Shown here: positions 44,791 through 54,507 of the stretch, piece after piece
Numbering within the stretch: position 1 is the stretch's first letter
Layout: the number at the start of each line of letters is the position of its first letter
Source: Candidatus Aenigmatarchaeota archaeon
GTDB taxonomy: Archaea; Aenigmatarchaeota; Aenigmatarchaeia; GW2011-AR5
DNA length: 64,000 bases
Assembly: GCA_016187335.1 (NCBI GenBank)
Contig: JACPJW010000001.1
Coordinates: forward strand, 800,001-864,000
Direction of reading: 5' to 3'
Translations under genes and position numbers: made by a program
The notes under the pieces: model-generated
What the model was told of the DNA's origin: nothing
Seen by the model: only the letters and a program-made list of their open reading frames with translations
The model's database searches: none

Positions 44791-46243
44791 ATTATCTCTG
44801 CGCGACAGCTATGAAGAGAAATACGGCTTCAGAACCCCTGGCAAGCCGTCTTTTGAGACAGAGAAAGGGCTTTCTGAAAGCGTCGTGAAAACAATTTCTG
44901 ATGTAAAGAATGAACCTGACTGGCTCAGGAAATTCCGCCTCAAAGCCTTGCATCATTTTTTGAAAAGGCAGATGCCAAAGTGGGGCGCCGACCTTTCCGC
45001 CATCAATTTTGATGATATTGTCTACTACATCAATCCTTCTGACAGGAAGCAGGCGACATCATGGGAAGAGGTTTCGCCGGAGATAAAGAAAACATTTGAA
45101 CGGCTCGGAATACCCGAGGCGGAACGAAAATTCCTCGCAGGTGTCGGCGCGCAGTTCGAGTCAGAAAATGTCTACCACAGCCTGCAGGAGCAATTAGCCA
45201 AGAAAGGGGTTGTTTTCGTTGACCCTGACACGGGACTGAATCCCACGGAAGAAAGGATAAAGAATTTGCGCCTGAACAAAGCTGCAATTGAGCACGCTAA
45301 CCAGATGTTCAGGAAATGGTTCGGCAAGGTTGTCCCGATAGAAGACAACAAGTTTGCCTCCCTGAACAGCGCTGTTTTTTCCGGCGGTTCTTTCATCTAT
45401 ATTCCGAAAGGCGTTGAAGTAACGCAGCCGCTTCAGGCATATTTCCGGATAAACAGGGAAAGCATGGGGCAGTTCGAGCGCACATTGATAATCGCAGACG
45501 AAGGCAGCAAATTACATTATGTTGAGGGCTGCACCGCGGCGATGTACGCTAATGACAAGCAGTCACTGCACACGGCTGTTGTCGAGATTGTCGCCCTGCC
45601 CGGCTCGCAGGTGAGGTATACCACGCTGCAGAACTGGTCCAACAATGTTTACAACCTTGTAACAAAAAGAGCTTACGCATACGATGGCGCGGCCGTTGAG
45701 TGGTTAGACGCGAATATCGGCAGCAGGGTGACAATGAAATTTCCGTCCGTGTTTATGTTAGGGCCCGGCGCGAAAGCGGACATTCTTTCTGTAGCATACG
45801 CCGGCAAAGGGCAGCACCAGGATTCCGGCGGCAAGGCATTGCATTTCGCTCCTAACACGACGTCGAAAATAATTTCAAAATCCGTGAGCAAGGACGGCGG
45901 CCATGCAACATATCGCGGCCTGCTGCACATAGCAAAGGGCGCGACAAACGCAAAATCGACAGTAAGATGCGATGCCCTGCTTCTGGATGAGCAGTCCCGC
46001 ACGGACACTTATCCCTACAACGAAATCAACGAGGACACGGCGACAGTGACTCACGAAGCGTCTGTCGGCAAGATAGGCGAGGATTTAGTATTCTATCTTA
46101 TGTCCCGCGGGCTCACGGAGCAGGAAGCGCTCAGCATGGTCGTGAACGGCTTCCTGCAGATATTCACCAAGGAGCTGCCGATGGAGTATGCAATAGAATT
46201 CAACCGCCTGATCCAGCTGGAAATGTCGGGGGCTGTGGGATAA
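44783..46243 (+). CDS. sufB: Fe-S assembly scaffold SufB
   Basis: LGIPEAERKFLAGVGAQFESE, GQFERTLII, YVEGCTA, CDALLLD, HEASVGKI. Confidence 0.96.
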   Translation: MTELSLRDSYEEKYGFRTPGKPSFETEKGLSESVVKTISDVKNEPDWLRKFRLKALHHFLKRQMPKWGADLSAINFDDIVYYINPSDRKQATSWEEVSPEIKKTFERLGIPEAERKFLAGVGAQFESENVYHSLQEQLAKKGVVFVDPDTGLNPTEERIKNLRLNKAAIEHANQMFRKWFGKVVPIEDNKFASLNSAVFSGGSFIYIPKGVEVTQPLQAYFRINRESMGQFERTLIIADEGSKLHYVEGCTAAMYANDKQSLHTAVVEIVALPGSQVRYTTLQNWSNNVYNLVTKRAYAYDGAAVEWLDANIGSRVTMKFPSVFMLGPGAKADILSVAYAGKGQHQDSGGKALHFAPNTTSKIISKSVSKDGGHATYRGLLHIAKGATNAKSTVRCDALLLDEQSRTDTYPYNEINEDTATVTHEASVGKIGEDLVFYLMSRGLTEQEALSMVVNGFLQIFTKELPMEYAIEFNRLIQLEMSGAVG

Positions 46244-46271
46244 ACTTTGCTGCTCCAAAGTTTAATCAAAA
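46241..46271. repeat. Hairpin+ATCAAAA motif copy
   Basis: TAAACTTTGCTGCTCCAAAGTTTAATCAAAA immediately after the sufB stop. Confidence 0.7.
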
Positions 46272-46292
46272 GAGATTTGTGGCGATGATTAT

Positions 46293-47627
46293 ATGGCATT
46301 AAGTCTTACAGAAGAAAGCGTGGATGAGCTTGCAAAAACCGGGCCCGGGTGGCTTGCAAAGCACAGGCTTGGTTCCTTCGCTAAATTCAACGGCATGCCT
46401 CTGGAAAGTTCAGAGCTTTTCAAAAAGCATGTGAATATCGACCTGGACATCGGCGAGTTCGCCCTGAAGAAGAACGGGTTCCCTGCAGAACTGGGCTTTA
46501 TCCTCGGCAGCGGCGTAACTTTCATTCAGCCTTCAGGCATGCTCATGAACAACGATCTCCCTTCCGGCGTTGTCCTGACGGACATGATGAAAGCAGTGAG
46601 AAATCACGAGGGCATCGTAAGAAAATATTTCAGCGAGCCAGAAACGAAGCTGGAAGCGCTCAACGAATCTTTCTTCGGCAGCGGATATTTCCTTTACGTT
46701 CCCGACAACACGGTGATCGACAAGCCTATCAGGATATTGACAACCCCGGGCCTGGGCGGCTCGGCTCTTTTCACGAAGAACGTTGCTGTTCTCGGAAAAA
46801 ACTGCTCCGCCAGGATTGTGGAGGAGTTTTACTCGCCTGAAATGGAAAGGTCGCTCGCAAGCTCGGTGACATCAATACATGCCGGCGAAGGTTCTCATGC
46901 AAGCATGGGGTGCATCCAGAGCCTGGGAAGCGGCGTATTGTTCACGCTCAAAAGAAAAGTTATTCTTGAAAAGGATGCGCACCTTACAAGCTCTTCGGGC
47001 TTCTTCGGCGGCGCTGCAACCCTGTCAAGGTTCGACAGCGTCATGAAAGACGGAGCAAGCTCAGAAGACTACGAAGTCGTTTTCGGCTCGTCAGCGCAGC
47101 GGTACGATATAACGTCCAACATAATACACAGGGGTATGAATACGAACGGAAAAGTCGTCATCAAAGGCGTATTTGACGGCGCTTCTTCCGGCATATTCAA
47201 GGGAATGATAGATATAAGCAGAGATGCAAAGTACGCCAATGCCTATTTGTCGGAGCATTCAATGCTGCTGGGCAAGGAAGCGAAGGCGGATGCGATACCG
47301 GGCCTGGAAATCAGCAACAACGAGGTGAAGGCGACCCACTCCGCTTCCGTGGCGCAGATAAACGAGGATGAGATGTTTTATTTGATGGCGCGCGGCCTCG
47401 GCAGCGAGCAGGCAAAAAAGCTCATAGTGCTGGGCTTTTTTGACCCTCTCTTCAGGCAGGTGCCTTCCGGGCACGTGAAGCTGCTACTGAGGGGGCTCCT
47501 GGAAATAAAATGGGAAAGAAAGGAGCTTTTTGAAATCAGGGAAGTGATGGAAAGGATTTTGCACGAGAGCGCCGCGGAGGAAACATCGTCAAAGGACATT
47601 TTTGAAAGGCACTATAAGTACCGATAA
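46293..47627 (+). CDS. sufD: Fe-S assembly protein SufD
   Basis: SufB/D beta-helix; ADAIPGLEISNNEVKATHSASV, YLMARG. Confidence 0.92.
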   Translation: MALSLTEESVDELAKTGPGWLAKHRLGSFAKFNGMPLESSELFKKHVNIDLDIGEFALKKNGFPAELGFILGSGVTFIQPSGMLMNNDLPSGVVLTDMMKAVRNHEGIVRKYFSEPETKLEALNESFFGSGYFLYVPDNTVIDKPIRILTTPGLGGSALFTKNVAVLGKNCSARIVEEFYSPEMERSLASSVTSIHAGEGSHASMGCIQSLGSGVLFTLKRKVILEKDAHLTSSSGFFGGAATLSRFDSVMKDGASSEDYEVVFGSSAQRYDITSNIIHRGMNTNGKVVIKGVFDGASSGIFKGMIDISRDAKYANAYLSEHSMLLGKEAKADAIPGLEISNNEVKATHSASVAQINEDEMFYLMARGLGSEQAKKLIVLGFFDPLFRQVPSGHVKLLLRGLLEIKWERKELFEIREVMERILHESAAEETSSKDIFERHYKYR

Positions 47628-47721
47628 GCCCTTTTTCTTAAAAGAAAAAGCGTTTGTGGAAAAAGAACATATAAAAGTTGAAATGAATGGAAATTCGCTT
47701 CCGGCTTGATAAATTTGTAAT

Positions 47722-48957
47722 GTGATAAAAATGGACAAACTCGTTTCAAAACTGAACATGAAAAAAATCCGGAAGGACTTTCCTATTCTTGGCAGGAAAA
47801 TAAGCGGCAAAAAACTGGTTTACCTTGACAACGCCGCAACGACGCAGAAGCCCAAAGCGGTAATAGACGCCCTGGATGAATACTACGAACAGCGCAATTC
47901 AAACGTGCACCGCGGCGTCCACACGCTGGCTGAGGAGGCAACAGAAGCCTATGAAGAGTCAAGAAAGAAATTAGCCAGGTTCATAAACGCTGACCGGCGC
48001 GAAATCATCTTCACGCGCGGAACCACGGAAGCGATAAATCTTGTTAAGTTTTCTTTAGGCTTCGAAAAAGGCGATGAAATAGTCACAACGGTGATGGAGC
48101 ATCACAGCAACATCGTGCCCTGGCTCATGCTGAAGAAGAAAGGCATTGCCGTAAAGTTTGTGGACGTAAACGAAGACGGTCTCCTTGAAGAAGAACAATA
48201 CGACGACCTGATAACGGAAAAAACAAAGCTCGTCACGGTTGCGCATGTTTCCAACGTTCTGGGAACGATAAATGACGTTAAAAAAATCGCCGGCATTGCC
48301 CATGACAGCGGTGCCTTGTGCCTCGTCGACGCGGCGCAGAGCGTTCCGCACATGCCCGTTGACGTTAAACAGCTTCAATGCGATTTTCTCGCCTTGTCGG
48401 GGCACAAGATGCTCGGCCCTACTGGAAGCGGGGCGCTTTACGGAAAAAAGCAGCTGCTGGAAGAAATGGAACCGTTCCAGGGCGGCGGCGAGATGATAAA
48501 AACAGTGAGCACGGAAAAAGCCACGTGGAACGACCTGCCGTGGAAGTTCGAGGCCGGAACGCCGAACATCGCCGACAGCATTGTTCTTGGCGCTGCTGTG
48601 GATTATCTGCAAAAGGCGGGAATGAAAAACATACGCGAGCATGAAAAAGACCTGACGAAGTATGCCCTGAGCAGGTTGAGCGAAGTGAAAGGCCTGACAA
48701 TCTATGGACCTGAAGCAGGCGACCGCGGCGGCGTTGTATCATTCAATTTAGGCGATATCCATGCCCACGACCTTGCGTCCGTGCTGAACGACGACGGCAT
48801 AGCAGTGCGAAGCGGCCACCACTGCGCCATGCCTTTGCATACAAGGTTAGGAATTGTTGCTACAGCGCGCGCGAGTTTTTACCTTTACAACACACCGGCG
48901 GAAATAGACAAGCTTGTTGCTTCGCTGAAAAGGGCAAGGAAGGTTTTCAGATTATGA
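47722..48957 (+). CDS. sufS: Cysteine desulfurase SufS
   Basis: YLDNAATTQKP, NVHRGVH, EHHSN, SGHKMLGPTG, EAGTP, RSGHHCA. Confidence 0.96.
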   Translation: MIKMDKLVSKLNMKKIRKDFPILGRKISGKKLVYLDNAATTQKPKAVIDALDEYYEQRNSNVHRGVHTLAEEATEAYEESRKKLARFINADRREIIFTRGTTEAINLVKFSLGFEKGDEIVTTVMEHHSNIVPWLMLKKKGIAVKFVDVNEDGLLEEEQYDDLITEKTKLVTVAHVSNVLGTINDVKKIAGIAHDSGALCLVDAAQSVPHMPVDVKQLQCDFLALSGHKMLGPTGSGALYGKKQLLEEMEPFQGGGEMIKTVSTEKATWNDLPWKFEAGTPNIADSIVLGAAVDYLQKAGMKNIREHEKDLTKYALSRLSEVKGLTIYGPEAGDRGGVVSFNLGDIHAHDLASVLNDDGIAVRSGHHCAMPLHTRLGIVATARASFYLYNTPAEIDKLVASLKRARKVFRL

Positions 48958-49583
48958 GTCTTCGATTGATTGAAAGATCCCCAACTGAAGTAGCTGGCTA
49001 TTATGACACAAGATACACTGAAGGCTCGGATCACTGGACCTTGGGACACGATCCAATGACAAGGGAAGATATAGCTCTAATCCGGGAGCACCTGAGAACA
49101 GGTAATGCTCTTGACGTAGGATGTGGTAAAGGAAGATACGCCCGACTCCTCGCTAGATCGTACAGAACTGTCGGTATAGACATTTCCGAGGTCGCCCTGA
49201 GAAAGGCTAGAGAGAGAGCAAATGGAACACCAAACATGTTTCTTCTAAGAGCTGACGCGACTCAGCTTCCGTTTTCGAACGAAACTTTTGACCTTGTGTT
49301 TGACAGGGGATGCCTGCATCACATGCATCCGGAAGATCATGCCGCGTATGCCGGAGAGGTCCAAAGGATTCTAAAAAGAGGCGGACTTTATAGACTTTTT
49401 GCGTTTACGGAAAACTACGCTCCTCAAGGACATTTTTCGACGAACACTGTCCACGGTCATTACAATTATTTTTTCAGCAGCCATTACATTGAAAGACTGT
49501 TTGGCGGTTTTGAAGTAATAAGCAGTCGGAAGAACTCGGTACATACGGTATGGCATTTGTTGATGAGGAGGCCTGCAATATGA
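48954..49583 (+). CDS. Class I SAM-dependent methyltransferase inserted between sufS and sufU
   Basis: LDVGCGKG, GIDIS, ADATQLPFSNETFDLVFDRGCLHH. Confidence 0.88.
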   Translation: MSLRLIERSPTEVAGYYDTRYTEGSDHWTLGHDPMTREDIALIREHLRTGNALDVGCGKGRYARLLARSYRTVGIDISEVALRKARERANGTPNMFLLRADATQLPFSNETFDLVFDRGCLHHMHPEDHAAYAGEVQRILKRGGLYRLFAFTENYAPQGHFSTNTVHGHYNYFFSSHYIERLFGGFEVISSRKNSVHTVWHLLMRRPAI

Positions 49584-49981
49584 CCGCTGACGAACTTTAC
49601 CAGGAAATAATACTGGACCACTATCGCCATCCGCACAATTACGGTATTTTAGAGGATAAAAATGCGGAAGCATCAGACGTCAATCCGCTCTGCGGCGATG
49701 CCGTATCCATGACGCTGAAAATAAACGGCAACGCTGTGAAGGACATAAGGTTCAGCGGAGCTGGCTGCGCTATATCACAGGCAGCCGCTTCCATGCTCAC
49801 AGATGCGGTAAAAAGCAAGACTATTGAAGAAGTGAAGAACCTCAGCAGGGACGACGTCACAAATATGCTCGGCGGCATGCAGCTCGGCCATGTTCGGATA
49901 AAATGCGCCATGCTTCCGCTGAAGGTGCTGAAGATGGCTGTATACAGCTATTACGGAAAGAAATTTGAAGAAGAATTGTGA
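49580..49981 (+). CDS. sufU: SufU/IscU-type scaffold
   Basis: LYQEIILDHYRHPHNYG, NPLCGD, FSGAGCAISQAAAS, RIKCAMLP; start re-assigned to ATG 49580. Confidence 0.92.
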   Translation: MTADELYQEIILDHYRHPHNYGILEDKNAEASDVNPLCGDAVSMTLKINGNAVKDIRFSGAGCAISQAAASMLTDAVKSKTIEEVKNLSRDDVTNMLGGMQLGHVRIKCAMLPLKVLKMAVYSYYGKKFEEEL

Positions 49982-49990
49982 GGTGGAAAA

Positions 49991-50260
49991 ATGAAGAGTA
50001 AGGAAATGAGGAGGACTTTTTACAAAAAAGTTCTATCAAAAAATAATAATATGGGAAATGAGATTCAAAAGAGAGAAACCGCGGGTTTCTACTCTTTGAA
50101 AGGGTCTGCAGGTTACTTCATCATCCTGAGCATCGTAGGAATTCTTGTCGGCATATGGATGCTCTTGCAGGGATTCGGCGGCAAGCCCATCACACCGGGA
50201 ATCGCAATTATACTGGGCGTTTTCGTGGTGATAAAGGAAATCCTGGACATCTTCCATTGA
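49991..50260 (+). CDS. Small two-TM membrane protein (start probably MGNEIQ)
   Basis: Two hydrophobic helices; flanked by motif copies at 50013-50042 and 50258-50286. Confidence 0.6.
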   Translation: MKSKEMRRTFYKKVLSKNNNMGNEIQKRETAGFYSLKGSAGYFIILSIVGILVGIWMLLQGFGGKPITPGIAIILGVFVVIKEILDIFH

Positions 50261-50296
50261 AACTTTTCGGAAAAGTTTCATCAAAAGAGTGATAAC

Positions 50297-50410
50297 ATGT
50301 CGTTCAAGTTCAGCAAGGTAAGAAACATCCCGAAGCGGTTCAAAGTCCTGATTGTTGTAGGCGCTTTGGTTATAGTCCTCATAATTATGAGGCTGCTGGG
50401 GTTAATCTGA
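50297..50410 (+). CDS. 37-aa single-TM peptide (not in the ORF track)
   Basis: GAGTGA upstream; MSFKFSKVRNIPKRFKVLIVVGALVIVLIIMRLLGLI. Confidence 0.55.
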   Translation: MSFKFSKVRNIPKRFKVLIVVGALVIVLIIMRLLGLI

Positions 50411-50459
50411 GGTGTAAGAATGAAATGCCCTCTAAAGAGAGCATTTCTTTCAAACATTT

Positions 50460-51401
50460 TTGGTGTTCGAAATGGCGTTAATTGAAAGCGTGTTCAGCTC
50501 GTCGGGACCTTTCATCATTACGTTCCGCGAGGCTCTTGAAGCAACGTTGATTGTGGGCATCATCGCCGCTTATCTGGACAAAACCGGCAGAGCGCCGCTG
50601 AAAAAATACCTGTGGCTCGGCAGCGGCGCCGCTTTGCTTTTGAGCGTTGTCCTCGGCTTGATGCTCGCGGCAATCTACGGCGGCTTGAGCGGCCCTGCTG
50701 AAAAGCTTTTTGAGGGAACTGCTTCCGTTACAGCAACAGCCGTGCTCACCTACATGATTTTCTGGATGGCAAAGCATTCTCACAAAATCAAAGAAGAACT
50801 GCAGAACAAGGTTAACATAGCCGTGACAAGGGGCGATATGCTCGGCATTGCCATGCTGTCTTTCGTGGTTATCATACGCGAAGGAATAGAAACCGTGCTG
50901 TTCCTTGTAGCTTTGGCAACGATAGACGCAACGGCAACCATGCTCGGCTTGGTCCTGGGAATAGCAAGCGTCCTGGTAATTTCTTATTTGATGTTCCGCG
51001 GATTTTACCGCCTTAATATCAAGAAATTCTTCCAGTACACGAGCATCCTGCTGCTGGTATTCGCCGCAGGCCTGCTGGGCTACGGCATCCATGAATACAT
51101 TGAAGCAGCCGAGGCTTACGGCATTGACGCGGGTTTCCTTGGGAGCCAGGCATTCAACATAAATCCTGCTGACACAGCCCACCCGCTTCACGAAAAAGGC
51201 GCTATAGGTTCGATACTCAAGACGCTTTTCGGCTACGACGGGAACCCCGAGTGGCTGCGCGTTTTCACTTATCTTGGGTATTGGATTATAATCGGCGCGT
51301 TCCTGCTTCGCACTTACAAGCCCGGACACCCGTTCCTGCGCTATATCGGCATGCAGAACGGCACGAGCGCAAGCGGGAAAACGATTGTTAAGAAAAGGTA
51401 G
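50460..51401 (+). CDS. FTR1/EfeU-type iron permease
   Basis: Two REXXE motifs (FREALEA, IREGIET); seven TM helices. Confidence 0.93.
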   Translation: MVFEMALIESVFSSSGPFIITFREALEATLIVGIIAAYLDKTGRAPLKKYLWLGSGAALLLSVVLGLMLAAIYGGLSGPAEKLFEGTASVTATAVLTYMIFWMAKHSHKIKEELQNKVNIAVTRGDMLGIAMLSFVVIIREGIETVLFLVALATIDATATMLGLVLGIASVLVISYLMFRGFYRLNIKKFFQYTSILLLVFAAGLLGYGIHEYIEAAEAYGIDAGFLGSQAFNINPADTAHPLHEKGAIGSILKTLFGYDGNPEWLRVFTYLGYWIIIGAFLLRTYKPGHPFLRYIGMQNGTSASGKTIVKKR

Positions 51402-51445
51402 CAGGTTAAAGAAAAGCTTAAATGATTCTGAATTATTGACTACGC

Positions 51446-51955
51446 ATGCCGAGAAAACCGACTGTTGTTGAATCTAAGGTCAGGAAGATCATAGATAATC
51501 TAAAGAGACTGGGAACAAAATCAAGAGATTATCGCGGACTGCTTGCGGATGCACAAGAACCTCTGGTAAAAATTCTAGATGCTGAAGAAAGGAAAAGGGA
51601 AGAAAAAGTTCAATGGGAAAGATGGCATTATCAGGGGTTCCCGGGCGGTTCTGGCCGTCGTTACGGCTATGGACGCCAGCTTGCAGAGGTTTACGCCAGG
51701 CATTTTGGAAGAGAAGGATTTACTCCGGTAGACGCGGTTGAATTTTTGGCAACGGAAAGGGACGAATTTGGCTTCTTACCTACCGGAAGTTTTAACGCCC
51801 TGATGCGCAGCGGTGGATATGTACACAGTCTTTTTGGAAGAGGTATACTGGAAAGAAAGCCTGATCCAAAACGTTTCGGAAGCATCTACAGGTTTACGGA
51901 AGAAGCCTGGGAGCATTTATTCCCTGAGCCCGCTGCGCCTTCGCAATCTTATTAA
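51446..51955 (+). CDS. Hypothetical protein, possible C-terminal wHTH
   Basis: 169-aa orphan; FTPVDAVEF...VHSLFGRGILERK...IYRFT. Confidence 0.55.
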   Translation: MPRKPTVVESKVRKIIDNLKRLGTKSRDYRGLLADAQEPLVKILDAEERKREEKVQWERWHYQGFPGGSGRRYGYGRQLAEVYARHFGREGFTPVDAVEFLATERDEFGFLPTGSFNALMRSGGYVHSLFGRGILERKPDPKRFGSIYRFTEEAWEHLFPEPAAPSQSY

Positions 51956-51975
51956 TCTTCTCAGCAATTTCAATC

Positions 51976-52815
51976 ATGTTTCAGCCAAAAAAGCTATTTT
52001 TCGGCACAGCAGGCAGGCCGGTGAGCACCGAAGGCGACACGATAGCAGGAATAAAGCAGGTAAGAAAACTGAACCTGGATGCAATGGAGCTGGAGTTTGT
52101 CCACAGCGTGAACATCAGCAAAGAAAAGGCACCTGCTGTCAGGGAAACGGCAAAGAAAAGTAACGTCCTGCTTACATGTCACGGTCAATATTATATAAAC
52201 TTGGCTTCCCCTGACAAAAAGAAAGAGAAAGAAAGTGTGGAACGCATCCTCAAGGCGGCAAGGATTGCTTCTTTATGCGGCGCATGGTCATTGTGCTTCC
52301 ATGCTGCTTTCTACCAAGGAAAACCGAAGGAAGAAGTCTACAATACCGTCAGGAAGCATCTGCAAGGCATTGTTAAAACGCTGAGGAATGAGGGGCATGA
52401 TTTGTGGCTGCGCCCCGAAACGACAGGCAGGGTGACGCAGTTCGGCGAGCTTGACGAGCTGCTGCGCCTGAGCAGCGACGTTGAACAGGTCTTGCCATGC
52501 GTTGACTTCTCGCACCTGCATGCAAGAAGCAACGGTGCCTTCAATTCATACGAGGAATTTTCCGGGGTGCTTGCAAAAATAGAAAAGGAACTTGGCAAAG
52601 CAGGAATAAAGAACATGCACATCCACGTCTCCGGCATCGCTTATGGCGAAAAAGGTGAGAAGCATCATTTAAACCTGAAGGAAAGCGACCTTCGCTGGAA
52701 AGAGATTATGCGCGCGCTGAAAGATTTCGGCGCGCACGGCGTTGTCATCTCCGAGAGCCCGAACATAGAGGATGACGCCCTGCTGATGAAAGAAGGGTAC
52801 AATAAATTGAATTAA
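51976..52815 (+). CDS. nfo: Endonuclease IV (AP endonuclease family 2)
   Basis: ELEFV, TCHGQYYINL, FHAAFY, RPETTG, CVDFSHLHAR, HIHVSG, ISESP. Confidence 0.9.
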   Translation: MFQPKKLFFGTAGRPVSTEGDTIAGIKQVRKLNLDAMELEFVHSVNISKEKAPAVRETAKKSNVLLTCHGQYYINLASPDKKKEKESVERILKAARIASLCGAWSLCFHAAFYQGKPKEEVYNTVRKHLQGIVKTLRNEGHDLWLRPETTGRVTQFGELDELLRLSSDVEQVLPCVDFSHLHARSNGAFNSYEEFSGVLAKIEKELGKAGIKNMHIHVSGIAYGEKGEKHHLNLKESDLRWKEIMRALKDFGAHGVVISESPNIEDDALLMKEGYNKLN

Positions 52816-52843
52816 AGCATAAATATCTTCTTGTCGTAATTCT

Positions 52844-53155
52844 ATGAGTGATTTTGTGTTTGTCCGCGTGGCTTCTGTCAATGACGTGCCGGAAGGCGAA
52901 GGAAGGGTCGTGAGTGTAAACGGGACGCCTGTTGCCCTGTTCAATGTCGGCGGGGAATTCCACGCAATAAGCAACGTGTGTGCCCACAAAGGAGGGCCTT
53001 TGGGCGAGGGCGAGCTGGACGGCAGCGTGGTTACATGCCCCTGGCACGGCTGGCAGTACGACGTGACCACGGGCAGGAATATAATGATGCCCAGCATCGC
53101 TGTCAAAAAATTCCCTGTCAAGGTTGAAGGCGAAGACGTTCTGGTGGATGTCTAG
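52844..53155 (+). CDS. Rieske 2Fe-2S ferredoxin
   Basis: CAHKGGPL and CPWHG. Confidence 0.93.
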   Translation: MSDFVFVRVASVNDVPEGEGRVVSVNGTPVALFNVGGEFHAISNVCAHKGGPLGEGELDGSVVTCPWHGWQYDVTTGRNIMMPSIAVKKFPVKVEGEDVLVDV

Positions 53156-53235
53156 GATATTCTTAAAACCGGCAGAAAATTATAAATGCAATGAGAGCCT
53201 ATTAGGGGTAAACGATAACTCTTCCGTGAATAATT

Positions 53236-53562
53236 ATGACCGAAGCAAAACAATGGGAAATGGTCGTGGTTGACCAGGACATATGCATAGGATGCAATGC
53301 GTGCGTCGCTGCGTGCCCTTACCAGGCGCTGGAGATGGACCAGGAGAACAAGGCGGCGCTCATTTTTGACAAGTGCAAGGATTCTTTTGACTGCATACCC
53401 GTCTGCCCCGTAACCTGCATCTGGAAGAGCGGCGAAGCGCCCGAGGAAAGCAAGGAAAAGGAAGGCTGGGTCCATTTCTCAAAGCCGCGCGAGCAGCTCA
53501 CCGAGGAAGAGAAGAAGCTTTACGACGAGTGGAAGGCAAAATACGGCATCAGGCACAGCTGA
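53236..53562 (+). CDS. Dicluster ferredoxin
   Basis: CIGCNACVAACP and CKDSFDCIPVCP. Confidence 0.88.
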   Translation: MTEAKQWEMVVVDQDICIGCNACVAACPYQALEMDQENKAALIFDKCKDSFDCIPVCPVTCIWKSGEAPEESKEKEGWVHFSKPREQLTEEEKKLYDEWKAKYGIRHS

Positions 53563-53572
53563 CTTTTTCTGA

Positions 53573-54013
53573 TCAAACAACAAAGGCAGGCAGAAAATAA
53601 AGAAGAAAAGCATGCCTCAGCGGGAGAATTACGTGCTTTCTGGAACTGAAGCTCCACAGAGTAAGGATGTTGTTCAGCGCAAACAGGTAGAACCACGGCG
53701 TGAAGAACACGGAGAAAATAATGCCTTCGGAGAGCCTGTCCGAAGCCACGTCAACAATGTATCCTTCTTCCGTGGGCATGTAATGCTTTTTTGCGATCAG
53801 TCCGTCAAGAAGGTCCAGTGCAAGGACAAGAAAAAGAATTGCAAAGGAAGCCGGAGGATTGTAGCGAAAAACCAGGACGAACAGCAGGCTCATCAGTATT
53901 GACAAGCCGGAAACTGCGTTTGGATTGGCGTTTGGCAGAGGCATCTTTAACAGGGCACTTTCTATTTTTCCCCTTGCTCTTTCAACCGGTTTTATTTTAC
54001 TATGCTTAGCCAT
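53573..54013 (-). CDS. CDP-alcohol phosphatidyltransferase family
   Basis: NPNAVS, DLLDGLIAK...EGYIVDVASDRLSE (DxxDGxxAR...GxxxDxxxD). Confidence 0.85.
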   Translation of the reverse strand: MAKHSKIKPVERARGKIESALLKMPLPNANPNAVSGLSILMSLLFVLVFRYNPPASFAILFLVLALDLLDGLIAKKHYMPTEEGYIVDVASDRLSEGIIFSVFFTPWFYLFALNNILTLWSFSSRKHVILPLRHAFLLYFLPAFVV

Positions 54014-54444
54014 ACTACCGCACCTAAAATCAGCGTTGACGCTATTTCAAAATGCATCCTGTATTTGTCGGGAAGCATCCCCAAGGAAATCTCCTTTTTT
54101 GAGAAAGGATAGAAGGGCCTGCTTTTGCCCACCAGAAAATCGGCGGCGTAGTGGACAATAGCCGAAAGCGCTATGACCTTTGCCAGCGTGGCACCGGAGA
54201 AAAAAGCAAGCAGAGACGCGGCTGCCGAAAAGAGCGTTAATCCGTACAGTTCATGGAACCTTGACCTGGATTCGGAACCGAATTTCTTCCGCAGGACTTT
54301 TCTCCTTGTTTTTATTACATACGGGATGTGGTCAAGGTCAAGGATAACGGAAAACAGAAGGATGTAAACGGCGTAGTTGTAGGCATTGCCTAAGGCGCCT
54401 TCAACAACAAGGTAGCTGAGAAAAAAATGAAGCAGCGTGTTCAT
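53992..54444 (-). CDS. Membrane metal-dependent hydrolase (YdjM-like)
   Basis: LLH, VILDLDH, RFHEL, VHYAADF, PFYPFS. Confidence 0.75.
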   Translation of the reverse strand: MNTLLHFFLSYLVVEGALGNAYNYAVYILLFSVILDLDHIPYVIKTRRKVLRKKFGSESRSRFHELYGLTLFSAAASLLAFFSGATLAKVIALSAIVHYAADFLVGKSRPFYPFSKKEISLGMLPDKYRMHFEIASTLILGAVVWLSIVK

Positions 54445-54507
54445 GATTTTTATTTATCCTTTCTTTTTATAAAGTATCTGAAAATTAAAATATAAACGGT
54501 ATTTTTC

